A stretch of 64,000 bases of DNA from Octopus vulgaris. Lineage: Eukaryota. The position numbers and the translations under genes were made by a program. Below, one piece after another: positions 39,501 through 54,500 of the stretch (the first letter of the stretch is position 1; each line of letters starts with the position of its first letter). The notes below the pieces were generated by a model that saw only the letters and a program-made list of their open reading frames with translations, was not told the DNA's origin and did not search any database. Location of the stretch: the NCBI GenBank assembly GCA_951406725.2, contig OX597814.1:126728001-126792000 (forward strand), written 5' to 3'.

Positions 39501-42500
39501 GAAATAGATAAGTTATAAAGACATCTTCAAAAGGTTAAATTAATTTTGGAAAAATAAAGGAGTCAGACTACCTTTGTTAATTCTTTATATAACTCTGGAT
39601 ATGTCATGGCAATGCCTGCAGAGACATCTTTGTCAAGCACGAGAGAAAATACTGGAAACATTGTGAACACTGTAGCATATCTGAGAGAAGAAAAATAATT
39701 GAGTGAGAAGATTAATCAATGGAAAAAAGATGCCAACTCAGAAGAGCTGAAAAATGTCATCACAACAGAACTCTCACACAGCAAACATGATTTGTTAAAT
39801 AAAGTGAAGAGACCTATTGAGTCAAGCACATCATCAAAATAAAAATCAAATGGAAATTGTAGTTGTGATACCTGTGCCAATGGCACGTAAAAAGCACCAT
39901 CGGAATGTGGCCGATGCCAGCGCTGCCTTGACTGGCTTCTGTGCCGGTGGCACGTAAAAAGCACCAACCAATCGTGGCTGCTGCCAACCTCCCCTGGTAC
40001 CTGTGCCAGTGGCACATAAAAGGCACCCACTACACTCACGGAGTGGTTGACATTAGGAAGGGCATCCAGCTGTAGAAACACTGCCAGATCAGACTGGAGC
40101 CTGGTGCAGCCTACTGGCTTCCCAGACCCCGGTCGAACAGTCCAACCCATGCTAGCATGGAAAGCAGACGTTAGACAATGATGATGATAAGTTATTATTA
40201 CTGATTCTGTTAATGCAACCAGTGATTAGAATGATGTATAAACAAAAATTATTCGTTTGAATCGGGTAATTGATGTGGAATTGTGAGTATTGCATATAGT
40301 TGGGAGTTTGAGGGAGAGTAATGATGCTTTCAACCTCTACAGAATGAGTCAATCTCCAGTTGAGTGGAGAAAGACCAACCTTCAGTACAAAAGCTTGATG
40401 GTTACTACAATAACAACATGGCAAAATCTCTCCAGTAACTCAGATTTTTATGAAACTCAAAGAAATTTAATTAATTTATAAATATGCTTAAATTTCTGTC
40501 TTCAGCTGAAATTAAACTGATTCACTAATCTACTTTAAAATAATACACTTCTGTTCTAAGGAACATTCCCTGAATGCTTCTCCTTAAGATTCAATAAATT
40601 TCCTGTGTATTTTAAATAATTTGATCAGAAATAATTCAAAAATGTTCAATAAAATTGAAAGACTTAAAAAATTTACTTGATTTTGTGTACAAAATGAGAC
40701 GTTATTAGCACAAAAACGCAGAGGATCTGTAAAGACTGGAAAGTAATGAGGTGAGCATGTTCTGCTAGATATATTGTCACCGTGCATGAAATATTAAAGT
40801 CTTCAACATTGGAAATATGGTAGAAATAAACTCAACTCACCCAACCATGAGGAATCCAGGAAACAAAGACACAGAGGCAAAATAAAAGACTGAGCAGAAA
40901 ACAGCCTGCATGGCTGTAATGATGAGACCACGGTGGATAACAAACTGGGCCAAAGCTGCTGATCTTTTGTAGCTGAAATCATCACAGAAACATTATTAAG
41001 CAAAAATAACAGTACTTTATTAGAATCTAATTCCTTGAAACATTTTTACAGCAATACTTCTAGATGCTTATGTAAATTTGAACATCATTGAATTTTTAGT
41101 GCATACTCGACAGAGTGTTAGTGCCTTGAGAGAAAGGTTGGACCTAAGAAGCATCAGATGTAGTGTGCAAGAGAGACAAGAATGGATGTGGATAGCTGTG
41201 TGAAAAGTGCCACACCCTAGCAGTTGAGAGAACCTGTGAAAGAGGTAGACCCAGGAAGACCTGGGATGAGGTGGTGAAGCATGACCTTCGAACATTGGGC
41301 CTCACCGAGGCAATGACTAGTGATCGGGACCTCTGGAAATATGCTGCGCTTGAGAAGATGGCAAGCACAAATGAGACCATAACCTTGTGGCCTATGCCAG
41401 GGATGTAACCAGTCCACTTATGCGTGCCTTTCCTTCATTGGACACTAAACTCTGCTTGCGAAGACCTGTTGAGGCAAGTGAAATTGAAATCAAATTTGAT
41501 GACAGGCTAGTGGAGCGCTAAGAATACCATACGAGTGAGATCGTTGCCAGAACAACATGCTGGCCTCCGTGCCGATGGCACATTTAAAACACCATTCGAG
41601 CATGATCATTACCTGCGTCGCCTTACTAGCACTTGGCTGGTGGCATGTGAAGAAACATTCGAGAGAGGTTATTGCCAGTGTCGCTGGACTGGCTCCTGTG
41701 CAGGTGGCACATAAATAGTACCATTTGAGCGTGGCCGTTGCCAGTACTGCCTGACTGGCCCTCATGCCGGTGGCACATAAAAGCACCTAACTGTAGAAAC
41801 TCTGCCAGATCAAGATTGGAGCCTGGTGCAGCTGTCTGGTTCGCCAGTCCTCAATCAAATCGTCCAACCCATGCTAGCATGGAAAGCGGACGTTAAACGA
41901 TGATGATCTCATAACACTAAGCTTTAAGTATGAAGTGAAAATGATACCACCTATTTTAGTCAGCTTGACTAAAAACACGCCTTCTGTGATAAACTCATAA
42001 TTGCTAGTTAGGGATAATTATGTAAGAGTTATCATAAAATGATGAAACTAACTTAAATATGAAAATACTTTAACAAATAAATTTAGAGTGACTAGAAAAT
42101 TAATGAATTTCTCCTCAAAATCTGCATTTCTATTTTTTAAAAATTGATAAGCAGTTGTAGCTTCAAACTTCTAAAAACATTAATGAGGTCAGCTGAAATA
42201 GAATATAAAATTAAAGAACAATGTAAAACTCACCTGTTCCTACCATGAACCATGAGAAGATGGCCAATATAACTGAACTGATTTATTGAAAAGTCTGCTG
42301 CAAGAGCTGCCTGTTTGCCTTCCTAAAAAGTAGAAACATTCCACAGTATATTATACTTGCTAAAAATGTTATGTTCATTCAAAGTTATTAGATAATCTCT
42401 GGCAAGAAGATAAAGAGTACAAGAAACTTGTTCGCAATAAGTAATACTGGTTAATATGAGTGAGTAATAATTTGAGTTTCTCTGTCCAAGATTGTAAAAT

Positions 42501-45500
42501 ATACATATTATGCTCAGAGCTATGCCTACCCAAAAAATGAAAACATAATCCTTAAAAATCTTGAACCAAATCTCAATTCTTTTTTTTTTTTTTTTAATTT
42601 CTTCCAGACTGACCATTCCATTCTCCACAAAATAAGATTCTGAACTAAGTATTTTTTTCAGAATTTGAAAATTATAAACTCCCATTTTTTTTTTCTTTAA
42701 GAAAAACAATTTTATGAATATATCAAAAAAAAATTGACTCAGAACATCTAGTAAAAGTTTAAAATTCCACAAAGCTACTTGTATGCTCTTTATATACTGG
42801 TTGAAATACTCTCACATTCTTAAGCTGTCAAAATTCTCTTTAACATAAAAGATTATATTTATTTTCCCAAATCAGAAATTAAACCTCGAAATTGTCACAA
42901 AACTAACTTTCACTTCAGTTATCTTAAATAAATGGATTAAAGTTACAGGTTATAAAAAAAGAGGTTACCTTTCCAACTATACCAATTCCAGCATCAGCAG
43001 CTTGGATCATACTGACATCATTTCCACCATCACCTGGATACAATGGTAAATTTGACATAATTAGAATCAATTTTAGAATACAAAAAAGAAAGATTCTCTA
43101 AAGTTTAAAATCAAATAAACCAATCAAGCATGTGACTTTTTTTCTAATACTATTTTGGTGCCATCCCAGTGCACAACAAAATGTGAACAAGAAAAGCTTG
43201 AAGGAAGAAAATAAAAGATAATGAAACGTACCAACAGCACACACTATTTTTCCAATGTGGAGTTTCAGTAATTTCACGATATCAGCTTTCTGAGTTGGTG
43301 AACATCGACAGACTACAACACAGGGACATTGGCAAGAAAGTTCCACAAATTCATGTTCGTAATAACGTAAGCAAACCTGGATGAAATAGAAAAATCACAC
43401 AATTTGTTGAAATATTCACCTTAAAAATTCAATAAATTTTTACTAAAACTCCTCTTCATTTACTTGTCTAATTACAGAAAAATTTTTTCAAAGATTTCTA
43501 AATTAAGATGTCTACATGACTTGAAGTAGATTTTACAATTGCATGGCTTTCCTTACACTAATTAGATCTAATTCATCTACATACAATAAGCCAGTAACTC
43601 ACAAGCTGACAAATATCAACCTTCACCTATCAAAATAAGAAGGAAGTCGTTTGCTCCACTTCTTTATTAATAAGAAGACAAAATAGGAAAAAGTGTCTGA
43701 AATGATTATACGATTAAAAAAGGAATCATTTCAAATTATGGTGATTAGATTTATCAGCTTTAAATTACCAAGTTAAGAGACCCTAATCTTTCCTGCTAGA
43801 GAAGTCAAAACACTGAGAACACAAAGTATTCAAGAATGAATTCTCTATACAAAGTGAAAAAGATGCCAGACCTGGACGGAGTCTCCACTGATGATAAGAG
43901 CAGAATCGTTCTTTCGTCGAAGGGCATTCAATTCAAGATGAGCCTCATCTCTTGTATCAACCCTTCTAAAGGTATGGATGTCCATGTTACGTGATACCAG
44001 TTTGGAACTCTTAGCAATACAAGTGGCTGTTTCTAATTTGTCTCCAGTTAACATCCAAGTCTGCAAAGTAAAAGACATTTGAAAGAAAACTCAATTGTAG
44101 CCTGTTAATAATTAGGCAAAATATCTTGTGAAACATAAAATAACTGACTGAATAATCATGAGTGATTAAATCTATAACAAAACTTTATTTAAATATTATT
44201 GTAATAATATATTTATATATAAACAGCAATAAGAAATATACCTAGAATGAAGAGTGTAATTTTTAAATACAGTGCTAGTGGAATGTTAAAAGCACCATTC
44301 GAGCATGATCATTGCCAGGGCCACCCGACTGGCTCCTGTGCCAGTGGCATGTAAAAAGCACCATTTGAGAGTGGTTGATGTCAGTCCCACCTGACTGGCC
44401 TTCATGCCAGTGGCATGTGAAAGCACCTGCTACACTCTCGGAGTGGTTGCCAGATCAGATTGAACCTGGTGCAGCCTTCTGGTTCGCCAGCCCTCAGTTA
44501 AACTGTCAAACCCATGCCAGCATGGAAAGTGGAGTTAAACAACGATGATGATGAGATTCATGGAAAAACATTGGTTTGTGAAAGTTGATAGAGAGTAAAG
44601 GGACAGCTGCAGCAGAAAGAAAATTTCAGCAAAACTAATAACATGAGCTACATGGAATTGCTTTTGATAGTTTCTGGTGTATTCAAGACATCATGATAGC
44701 TTGGTGTTCTTTTAGCCACTAGTATTTAAAGAGTGAAACACCGCTAAAGTGAACTGTTACAAAAGTACATATGCACAAGAGGGAGGACACTGAAAATATC
44801 TCAAGATAGCAGTTTCAATATTAGAGTTAAGATGCTTAAATATATATAGCCATGTTGTCTGACCACAATTACTACAACCTCTATAATTATATTTTAAAGA
44901 GAAATGAATGAGAGGGGTTTAGTAAAAGACAACTTTAGCAACTACTTTAACAGCGCACTCATGTTCTATTGTTTGGTGGATAATGATAAAGATAGACAGA
45001 TACAGGCATGGCTGTGGTTGAGAAATTTGCTTCTCAACCACATGGTTTCAGGTTCAGTACCACAGCATGACACCTTGGGCAAGTGTCTTCTACAATAACC
45101 CTAAAGCAGATCAAAGCCTTGAGTGGATCTGATGGATGAAAACTGAAAAAAACTCGAGGTATATGTTAATATTTGCATATGTATGTGTGTGTGAGAATGT
45201 GCACCTGTTTGTATCTCCTTGTCGTAACTTCATTTGATAGTCATAGATGAGTGTCATTTGTCATATGAGTAATGTCATTAATTTCCAATATTCTTCAAAA
45301 ACATATCTGGCCATGGGGAAATATTAACTTGCTTGGAAACAGGTGGGAGTTGGCAACAGGAAGGACATCCAACTGTAGAAAGTGTACCTCAATAAACGCT
45401 GTCTGATCCATGCAAGTATGGAATATTGGATGTTAAAACAATGCTGACAGACATAAACAGAGGACACAAGTGAACTTTCCATATTATGTATCAGGAGAAC

Positions 45501-48500
45501 AAAGTGATAGCAATATTTTTTTATGAGAATTTAGAATGTAGATGTGGTAGAGGAAGAACTAAGACTGCCATTTGATGATTCAACCTCACAGATGAAACAG
45601 CATAAGATCTCAACAGAGAGAAAAGAATGCAAATTTACAGACATCTTGAAACAAACATGCAAGTGTGTCATCTTTTCTTTGCTAGTATGTGTTGGATAGT
45701 TTGACAGGATCCAGCGAGTTGGAAGGCTGCATCAAACTCCAGTGTCAGCTTTGGCATTGTTTCTGTGGTTTGATGCCCTTCCTAATGCCAAACACTTCAC
45801 AGTGTGTGCTAGGTGCTTTTATTCATGCCACCAGCATTAGTGAAGTTGCCAGGTAATTTTAAAGACAAGAACAGGTAAAAGTCTCCTCAACTAAGTGGTG
45901 GAGGAATATTGAGAGGAAGGGGTAGCTGTATGTCAGGTGTTGAGACATTAAAGTATGGCTGAGGGACAATCCTGAGTGTCTTGCTGTAGAGGAGATGCAT
46001 TATACAGGGAAGGGCAGGAGTAGCTGGCAGGAAGATAGAGATGGTGGTATCTAGAGCATCTCAAGATACAAGATGGTTAGAAATGGGGTCCAGATGAATA
46101 GAGTGAATGGTGAATGAAGGTGGAAGTGCATTTAATGAAAAAATACTTGTATGGAAAGGGGATATGGTAAGAAATGCATATGCATATAAAAAAGCAAATA
46201 AAAAAAACCTTACTTTGATGCCAGCATTTCTTAATAACTCAAGTGTAGGTCTTACACCATCTTGAAGTTTATCTTCAACTCCTGTAAGACACAAAAGTTC
46301 CATATCTCGCTCTAAACCTTCAATTACAGCTTGCATCTTCACATTTCGATCATGAACACACATTTTAGCTTGGTGATAACGTGTCTGGAAAATAAGAACA
46401 TAAAATATTCATCAATATTTCTATTCCAACAGTCAAGAAGAATCTATAAAGTCTATGGGTAATATCCTTTTTTTTCCTGTACTAAATGATAAGATAAACA
46501 CAATTTTCTGATATTGTTGCTATTGTAGTTTATTTTTAGTTCTTTGTAGGACCTCACAATAAAGAACATCTCAGACAAACATTTTCATATGTAGTCGAAA
46601 GACAACCCCACTCATCTGTTATTCACACAATCCTTAAAAGCAACACTTTAATCACCAATATATACATAAGGATCACACTGCTCCAAGTGAACTAATGTAT
46701 AATCTACAGACCATTTATCTCCCCCTGAATTATGTAACCCACCCCCAACACCAGCTCTGATTGCACAGGCTTCCAGCATGTAAGTAGCGTAATGAAACTG
46801 ACACTGTTTGTTAACACTTTCGTTACTATATTTCTGACCAAAATACACCCCTCATGAGTTTCAATTAAATTCTAAAATAATCATGAATCTAGGCTTGTTT
46901 CATTAAATAACTGTAACTTTTTTTACTTATCAACATATTAATGTGATATTTGGAACATAATTAAAGAAAGGGTTCTTAATCAATTCTATTGCATAACTTT
47001 TGTCTCAAAGTGACTTTAATTACAGGTAAATCCAGGTAAATTGAGCAAAAGGTAAAAATATTAAAATTTTTAATTGAGCAAAAGGTAAAAATATTAAAAT
47101 TTTGTTTAAACATCACCATAGAAAATGAATCATCAGCTAATATTCAAATGGGTATGCAACAAAATTTTGATAAAGAAGAATTGTGCACATCACTATATCA
47201 TCAGTTGAATTTAATGCACAACAGGTGTACCATAAAGGTGGAATAAAGTGAAATACTGGAATCCACCGTAAGTTTGACCGAACTAAAGAAATCGGTCAAA
47301 AAATAATATACGGCCCTGGTTATGGCATGGAAGTGATAAATTCCAGACCACATCGTTCCCTAGGCCATGCTGACTAACATTTTCCCTGTATATAAACTAA
47401 ATCCACGCAGTACCCAGTATTTGCTTCACAAATTTTCCGAAATTTGAACCCCCATTTTGTGTTTGTTTACATTTTGCGTAAGTTTGTTTCCGCATTGATC
47501 GCTTCAAACAGTAACTTCCAGACCACATCATACCCTAAGCCATGCTGACTAACATTAGTTTCCCTGTATAAAAACTAAATCCACAACAGTACCCAGTATT
47601 TGTTTCACAAATTTTCCAATTCGGAATCAATGCTTGATAACATGAAACTCCTATCCATTTTCAAAGTTGAAGAAAAATCGATGCCGAAAAAAAATGTGGA
47701 AAAAAATCTCCCAAAATTCAGGGAATTAAAATTACACGTCGGCACGTAAAAAGCACCCACTACACTCACGGAGTGGTTGGCGTTAGGAAGGGCATCCAGC
47801 TGTAGAAACATTGCCAGATTAGACTGGAGCCTGGTGCAGCCTTCTGGCTTCCCAGAACCCCAGTCGAACCGTCCAACCCATGCTAGCATGGAGAACGGAC
47901 GTTAAACGATGATGATGATCGTTGTACAAAACTGTCGATGAACTGTTTACGAAGCATAATCACGTGTTTTCACGAATGTACTAAAGAGATTTGCTCTGAT
48001 ATTCTCATTTAAATATGAATAGGTAAATTCGGGCGGTTTGGTCACATTAACCAAAATTTTTTTCGGGCGGTTTGGTAACGAAAGGGTTAAAGAATAGAGA
48101 CACTTCTTTATTCTTGTAATAATGTTATTCACAAAGTTATAGTTTACAACAACTCTTAAGTTAATCACACAACCATAATGTGACAATCAACAAGACAGAA
48201 TTGACAAGCTCCACAAGATCACTATGTCAGATCAACAGGCTTTTTTTTACTATATTCGATAGCATATATGCAAAATTAGGCCTATAGTTCATACGTTAAT
48301 GCACTAAAACATTTTTCCATGAATATGCACTACTGAAATTGTGGTGCGTTTAATATGCCTAAGCATCTTTTATGCCATCGAATACAGTGTTTTCTTAGAA
48401 TAACAAAAGAGAAATATTTTCCAAAGTTTGAAAAAGGCATACTAACTTCAAAATCACAGTATTGCTCCTCTGACAGGTTCTTCTTGGCTACAACTAAAGT

Positions 48501-51500
48501 ACGCAAACCTTCTCGGGCCATATTTCCACACTGAAATAAAAGATAATCCATTATTATAGGTATTAAATAAGAACTTAACATTGTAGATAGCTCCTACAGA
48601 CAATGTATTTATTTCAATTATGAAATGAAGCTACAACAGTGAAAATTTTATTTCTTTCCAGATTTTGAACTTAAGATGGAATAATATTGGATTTAACATT
48701 GGCCAAAATTATTTGGAGGGAGAGGTAGTCAACTTAACTCTGGTATATTACTGGTATATATTTTATCAACTGCAGAAGGATGAAAAGCAAAGTCAACCCA
48801 ACAGGATTTGAACTCAGAACATACAGGGTCAGAGTTAAATACTGTAAAACATTGAAATCCATCACACTGTCGTTTCTGCTATTCACTGCCCTCAAGCTGG
48901 AACACTAATAAAGGTCTCCTCTAGAGTGGTCCATCATAAGCACCAGTCCTTGTTGCAGAGTGGCAGCTTGTGTACCTCAATAACCCTGAGAGCTCTGCAA
49001 GCAGAGCACAAACTTTTGGTACGGCTTCCATGTTGCACAGGTAAAACAATAAAAGCCAGACAAATATGACCACCTTTTCTCAAAGATAAGAATGGGTTTG
49101 CATAGGGCCAACATCTCTACTTTGAAAAAAAACAAAGTCATAGTAGCATCAATGACAGTTCAAAACCAACAAGACCTGGGAGGGGAAGGCCTTCCCTCAG
49201 GAAAACATGATGCCCTAAAAATAGTTGGAGGTGAGATATGGACACAGAGCTGAAAAAGGAGAGATCCAACTGGAAAAAAGCAGAAAAGACAGCTTAAAAT
49301 GAAAAACAGAGGAGAAAAGTCATTGACAGCTTCTACTCCACAGGAAGCAAAGGGCTTAATTGAGTCTGAACCAACAGGAATAGAGTAGAAAGAAGGATAT
49401 ATAAAATAATGATTTAAGGACATCCAAATTAATTAAAGTATTCAGATCAAATATTACAAACCTCTTCTTCAAGCCAATCATTATACTGAACAATAGTTGT
49501 CATGACAACATCAGCTCCTTTCAAATAAAATGTGATATCTCCAGTTTGTTCTTCCTGTGAAAGATAATACTTTATTAATATCTTCACTGATCAATATCAA
49601 CAGGGGATTTTTTTTTTTTTTTAACAAGTGCTGAAAATATTACATGACATTTTGTGAAAGATATTTTATATAGAATATGATTGGAAACTAAATAGATAAA
49701 TAAATATTTTTAAAAACTCTAAAAACAGATTTTCAGTAGTTACATAATTTTTGGTTGCAAATTGGAGCAAGTAATGATTGAAAAATACATTGTTAAAGAA
49801 ACTCAATAGAATTATTTATATGTCAAAGGTTAAATACTAACTTTTACAATAATTCCCATTCGTTTAGACTCTGAGGTGAATGGAAACAACTGTAGAACTG
49901 AATAATTAATTAGTGTTCCCATAGGGTTTTTCAACTGAATTAAGTTTAGGTCCCGCTTTACCAACGTTAGACCAACTTCTTCAGTCCATTTCACCAGCGC
50001 CACCTAGCAGAAAATACAGAAAAGAATTTTAAAACAAAACAATACATTTTAAAGTATTAAATTTCATTTAAAAATTAGAAAAAGCAATTTAGCCTAAATT
50101 ATTGATGTTACAGGCATAACTGTGTGGTAAGAAACTTGCTTCCCAACAGTGAGGTCTTGGGTAAGTGTCATCCACTATAGTCTCAGACCAACCAAACCTT
50201 TGTGAGTAGATTTGATAGAAGGAAACTGAGTGGAAGTCTGTCACTCTAAAATACCACCATCAGCATCACCCCCAATTGAGAACATTAATAACCTTGGAAT
50301 CAAAGAAGCAACAACTACAGGACTGCATGAGAACCCTCATAAACAACCAAAAAGCTGCAGAGAAAGCCTGTGCTATTAAAAACATCAAGAATAATCCTAA
50401 GGTGTTTTACTCTTTTGCAAAAACACATCGGACAACAGTTTCCTTTATTGGCCCACTGGTTGACGGAAACAGCATCCTTCACAGTGGTGCCAAAGACATG
50501 GCTGAGATCCTGCAAAGTCAATACTGCTCTGTTTTTAGTGACCCTGATTCAGTTGACTCAAGCAGCTTTGCTTCTTTGAATCCTCAACATGTCCTTTCCG
50601 ACATAGCCCTTGATACCCCTGATATCCTAGCAGCAAAAATCGAAATGAAATCTGATTCAGTAGTGGATCCAGACAGGTTCCCTGCTAGAGTGCTGAAGGA
50701 ATGCAGACAGCAACTTGCACCTCCTCTTGCAAATCTCTGAAGGAAATCATTGGATGCTGGTTTTATTCCTCAAAACCGTCTCTCCCAATCATCATCACCA
50801 TCGTTTAACGTCCGCTTTCCATGCTAGCATGGGTTGGACAATTTGACTGAGGTCTGGTGAACCAGATGGCTGCACTAGACTCCAATCTGATCTGGTAGAG
50901 TTTCTACATCTAGATGCCCTTCCTAACACCAACCACTCCGAGAGTGTAGTGGGTGCTTTTATGTGCCACCGGCACGAGGATCAGTCAGGCGGTACTGGTA
51001 GCAGCTACACTCAAATGGTGTTTTATGTGCCACCTGCACATGGGCCAGTCCAGCGGCACTGGCAACGACCTAGCTCAAATGTTTTTTAGGCTGATATTTA
51101 GAGGATGGGGTTAGCCAAATACATTGACCCCAGCACCCTATCTCATTGTAAAAACTAATTACTATTTTACCAAAAGAAGGTAAAATGACCTTTTTGACAT
51201 GACAACAGTAAAATGTTTGGATAACAAGATCAATCGTTCCTAATTTTAAAAAGGGGTATAAATCGCTCCCTGTAAACTACCATCCAATCTCACTCACCTC
51301 ACATATCATCAAAGTATTTGAGAGTTTTGAGATCAAGAATAACAGCCTTCCTAGAACAAAATCATCTCCTAAATTGCAACCAGCATGGCTTTCGTGGTGG
51401 GAGAGACTAACACAGCTCCTCCACCACTTTGATGACATCTTAAATGCACTAAGTGAGGGCTCCAACACGAATGTCATATAGCTAGATTTCAACAAGGCCT

Positions 51501-54500
51501 TTGACAGAGTCAACCACAACATACTGTTAAGGAAACTATCCAACGCTGGAGTCAGTGGAAAGCTACCTCAATGGATTAGGTATTTCCTAACAAACAAGAC
51601 ACAGCATGTTGTGGTTGATGGCATCCACTCAAGACCAACAAAAGTCATCAGCAGGGTACTGTGCTGGGTCCACTTCTTTTTATTGTTCTTGCATTTGTCC
51701 CCAACTGCTGCCTCCATAACTTAGTGGTTTGCCAAAAAGAGCCCAATAGATGAAGTACCAAGTTTTAAAAAATAAGTACTGGGGTCAATTTGCAGGTGAC
51801 TGTGTATAGAAATAAACGGAATACACACTTTTAAATATGCATTGACCACCCACAGATTAAACAGCTCAGAAAAATTTAGAAAACAAGTGTGTTGATTTCT
51901 ACTTTCTACTAAAACTACTTCCTAAGACTTACAAATTTATATGGAAACAATTATCTATATTCTAGAAGAAATAGACAAGAGGAGAAAGAAATATAAAATG
52001 TGAGGATGATAAGTATTTCAAATTTGCAATACCTCATCAGGACTAGATGCTTGGTAAACAACTTTCTGATGTGACATTTGGTTGACATCTCCATTAGTAC
52101 TGCTGTCAGTATCATTGACACTTTCAAAGACTGGTGTTACATTATGGCAGAGTGCAATTGCTCTTACAGCTTCAAATGCTCGAGTGATAACTGTACGCCG
52201 TACAGGTCCAGTATGGCGCTGAGACATTGAAGACATCTGAGAGAATCCAGTTTTCACATGTAGACTAACCTATGGAAGAAAAAATGAGCAATTGTTACAA
52301 AACAAGTTAAATTAAAGTTAACAAAGTTAATGCAGTGAACTAATAAACTACAAATAATTACATGGTGGAGAAAAAACAATATTAGCCAATGACTAATATT
52401 ATTATTTCAGTTACTTACAAAAGATAACTTTGAACATGATTTGGTTTTATTAAACATCCGCAAAGAAGAACAGACTTCACTGTACTTCCCAAAGTAATGA
52501 TGAGTGAATCACTACATAAATGCATGAGTGTACACATGTAGGTTTGAACATTAAATATTTTGAAGAATAAATTACTGAGAGAAATCATAACTCAACACAG
52601 TTAATCTAATCCATGTCTACATATATTACATTAATAAAGCTAGACTAATCCATGTCTACATACAGTAATACAGCTAACATAATCCCTTCTACATTCATGA
52701 CAATAATAGTTAATCCAGTAAGTCCAACTTTAAATAGTGGACAATTTTGTGTCTTCCTTCAGCTTGCCTGAAGCCTCAAACTCCTATGGAATTGTACAGG
52801 TGCTGCCATGACATACTTTTCACCAGTGTTCACCATTTGCTACAGCTGTATGTGGTAAAATCCAAATCGGTCAGCATCATCAAACTGACCTTCCTGGACT
52901 TCCTTGGTGTAATGGTAAAGCCCATCTCCTCATAGTTTCTCACTGTTTGTCAGGACATGATCCAGAACCATACCAAGGATAAAGTATACCAACATGTCAC
53001 CTTATAGGACTCCAACTCACAACTCAACTATTCAGAAAAAGCATAAAATGGTCCTCTTTTTGATGATTGGTTAATAATAAGAGCATCTAGATATTGGAAC
53101 AATATCTGTTCAAATTTACATAACATCAAGGTAAAATGAATATAAATAAATCCTACATGGCTATAAACAACTTGATCAAGCCACTGTGTTAAGAGTGATA
53201 TGTTAGTAAAGAAATGGTAGGAATAGCTGAATGCAACCTCGCTTAGAGAATAACTATTCAACAAGTAAACATTCAGATTACAAGTGATAAATTAACTATT
53301 ATAAAAAATATTTTCACAAAATGAAAATTGTTTCTACTCTGATATCTTTCTTGTAAATTATTCTGACACTGCTTGAAACTACTAAACATTTTTTTTTACT
53401 CTGTTAATTCAATACTTCATTATTAAGTCAACACATCTGCTTACTCAGCTGAAAGTTCAGTGGATTGTTCAACATAAAATACAGCACCGCTACTATGAAA
53501 GCCTCACAACTCTTCAGCCAAGAACAACTTTATATGAGCTTAGCTTATTTTTATTTCCCTTTATAAAAATGTTCAAATAAATGCCTTAATTATATAGTGA
53601 CAAAAGTCTGGACTTTCACTGAAAATGTTCTCACCTCATCCATTGTATCAGAAGCAAAAGATACTGTGCCAAGATGAAGCCTTTTGAAAACCTGACAAAA
53701 TAGAGAAAACTTTAGTCAATATGTTATACTAACAAGTACTCAAATGATTTATATAATCAGCATGCAACTTCATTTCTGTTTTGATGTTTTGAACCACTCA
53801 TTTCAGCCTTATGAAATGGACTGTAACAATTGGTGTTATAATGTTCTGGCCGTTTTTGTTCAAGCACTCTACATTTTGTGATTTAGATTTTATTTAGTTC
53901 TAGGACTGAAGAGTAATATTTGTTTACATTTGAATATTTGTTTACATTTACTTTTTAATAATGTTTGAGCAGAATTGTTTGATTGTTGTTGCTTGACAGG
54001 GCAGGCCTATGATCCAAAATGTCCCATCATCATCATTTAACATCTGTTGTCCATGCTGGCATGGGTTGGATGGTTTGACTGGGCTGGCATACTGCACCAG
54101 ACTCCAGTCTAATTTGGCATGGTCTTCTACTGCTAGATGCACATCCTAACACCAATCACTCCAAGAGTGTAATAGGTACATTTACATGCCACTGACACAT
54201 GTGCCAATTTGCATGACATGGTATCTGCCATAACTGCAATTTTGCTCAGTTTGATGGGTCTTCTCAAGCACAAATATCACATATTTTCTTCTTTTCAAGA
54301 GGGAAGGGTGGAGTGATTCTTGATCACATAGAGGCACTCATTTGCTCACCAGCTGAGGGGTCTTTGTCTTGCAAATTATTTGGCAACTCTGCTGGTGTGC
54401 ACCTAGTACACTCTATAAAGTAGTTGATGTTAGGAAGGGCATCAAACAGTAGAAACCATGCCTGAGCAGACAATGGGACCCAGTGCAGCTCTCTGGCTTG

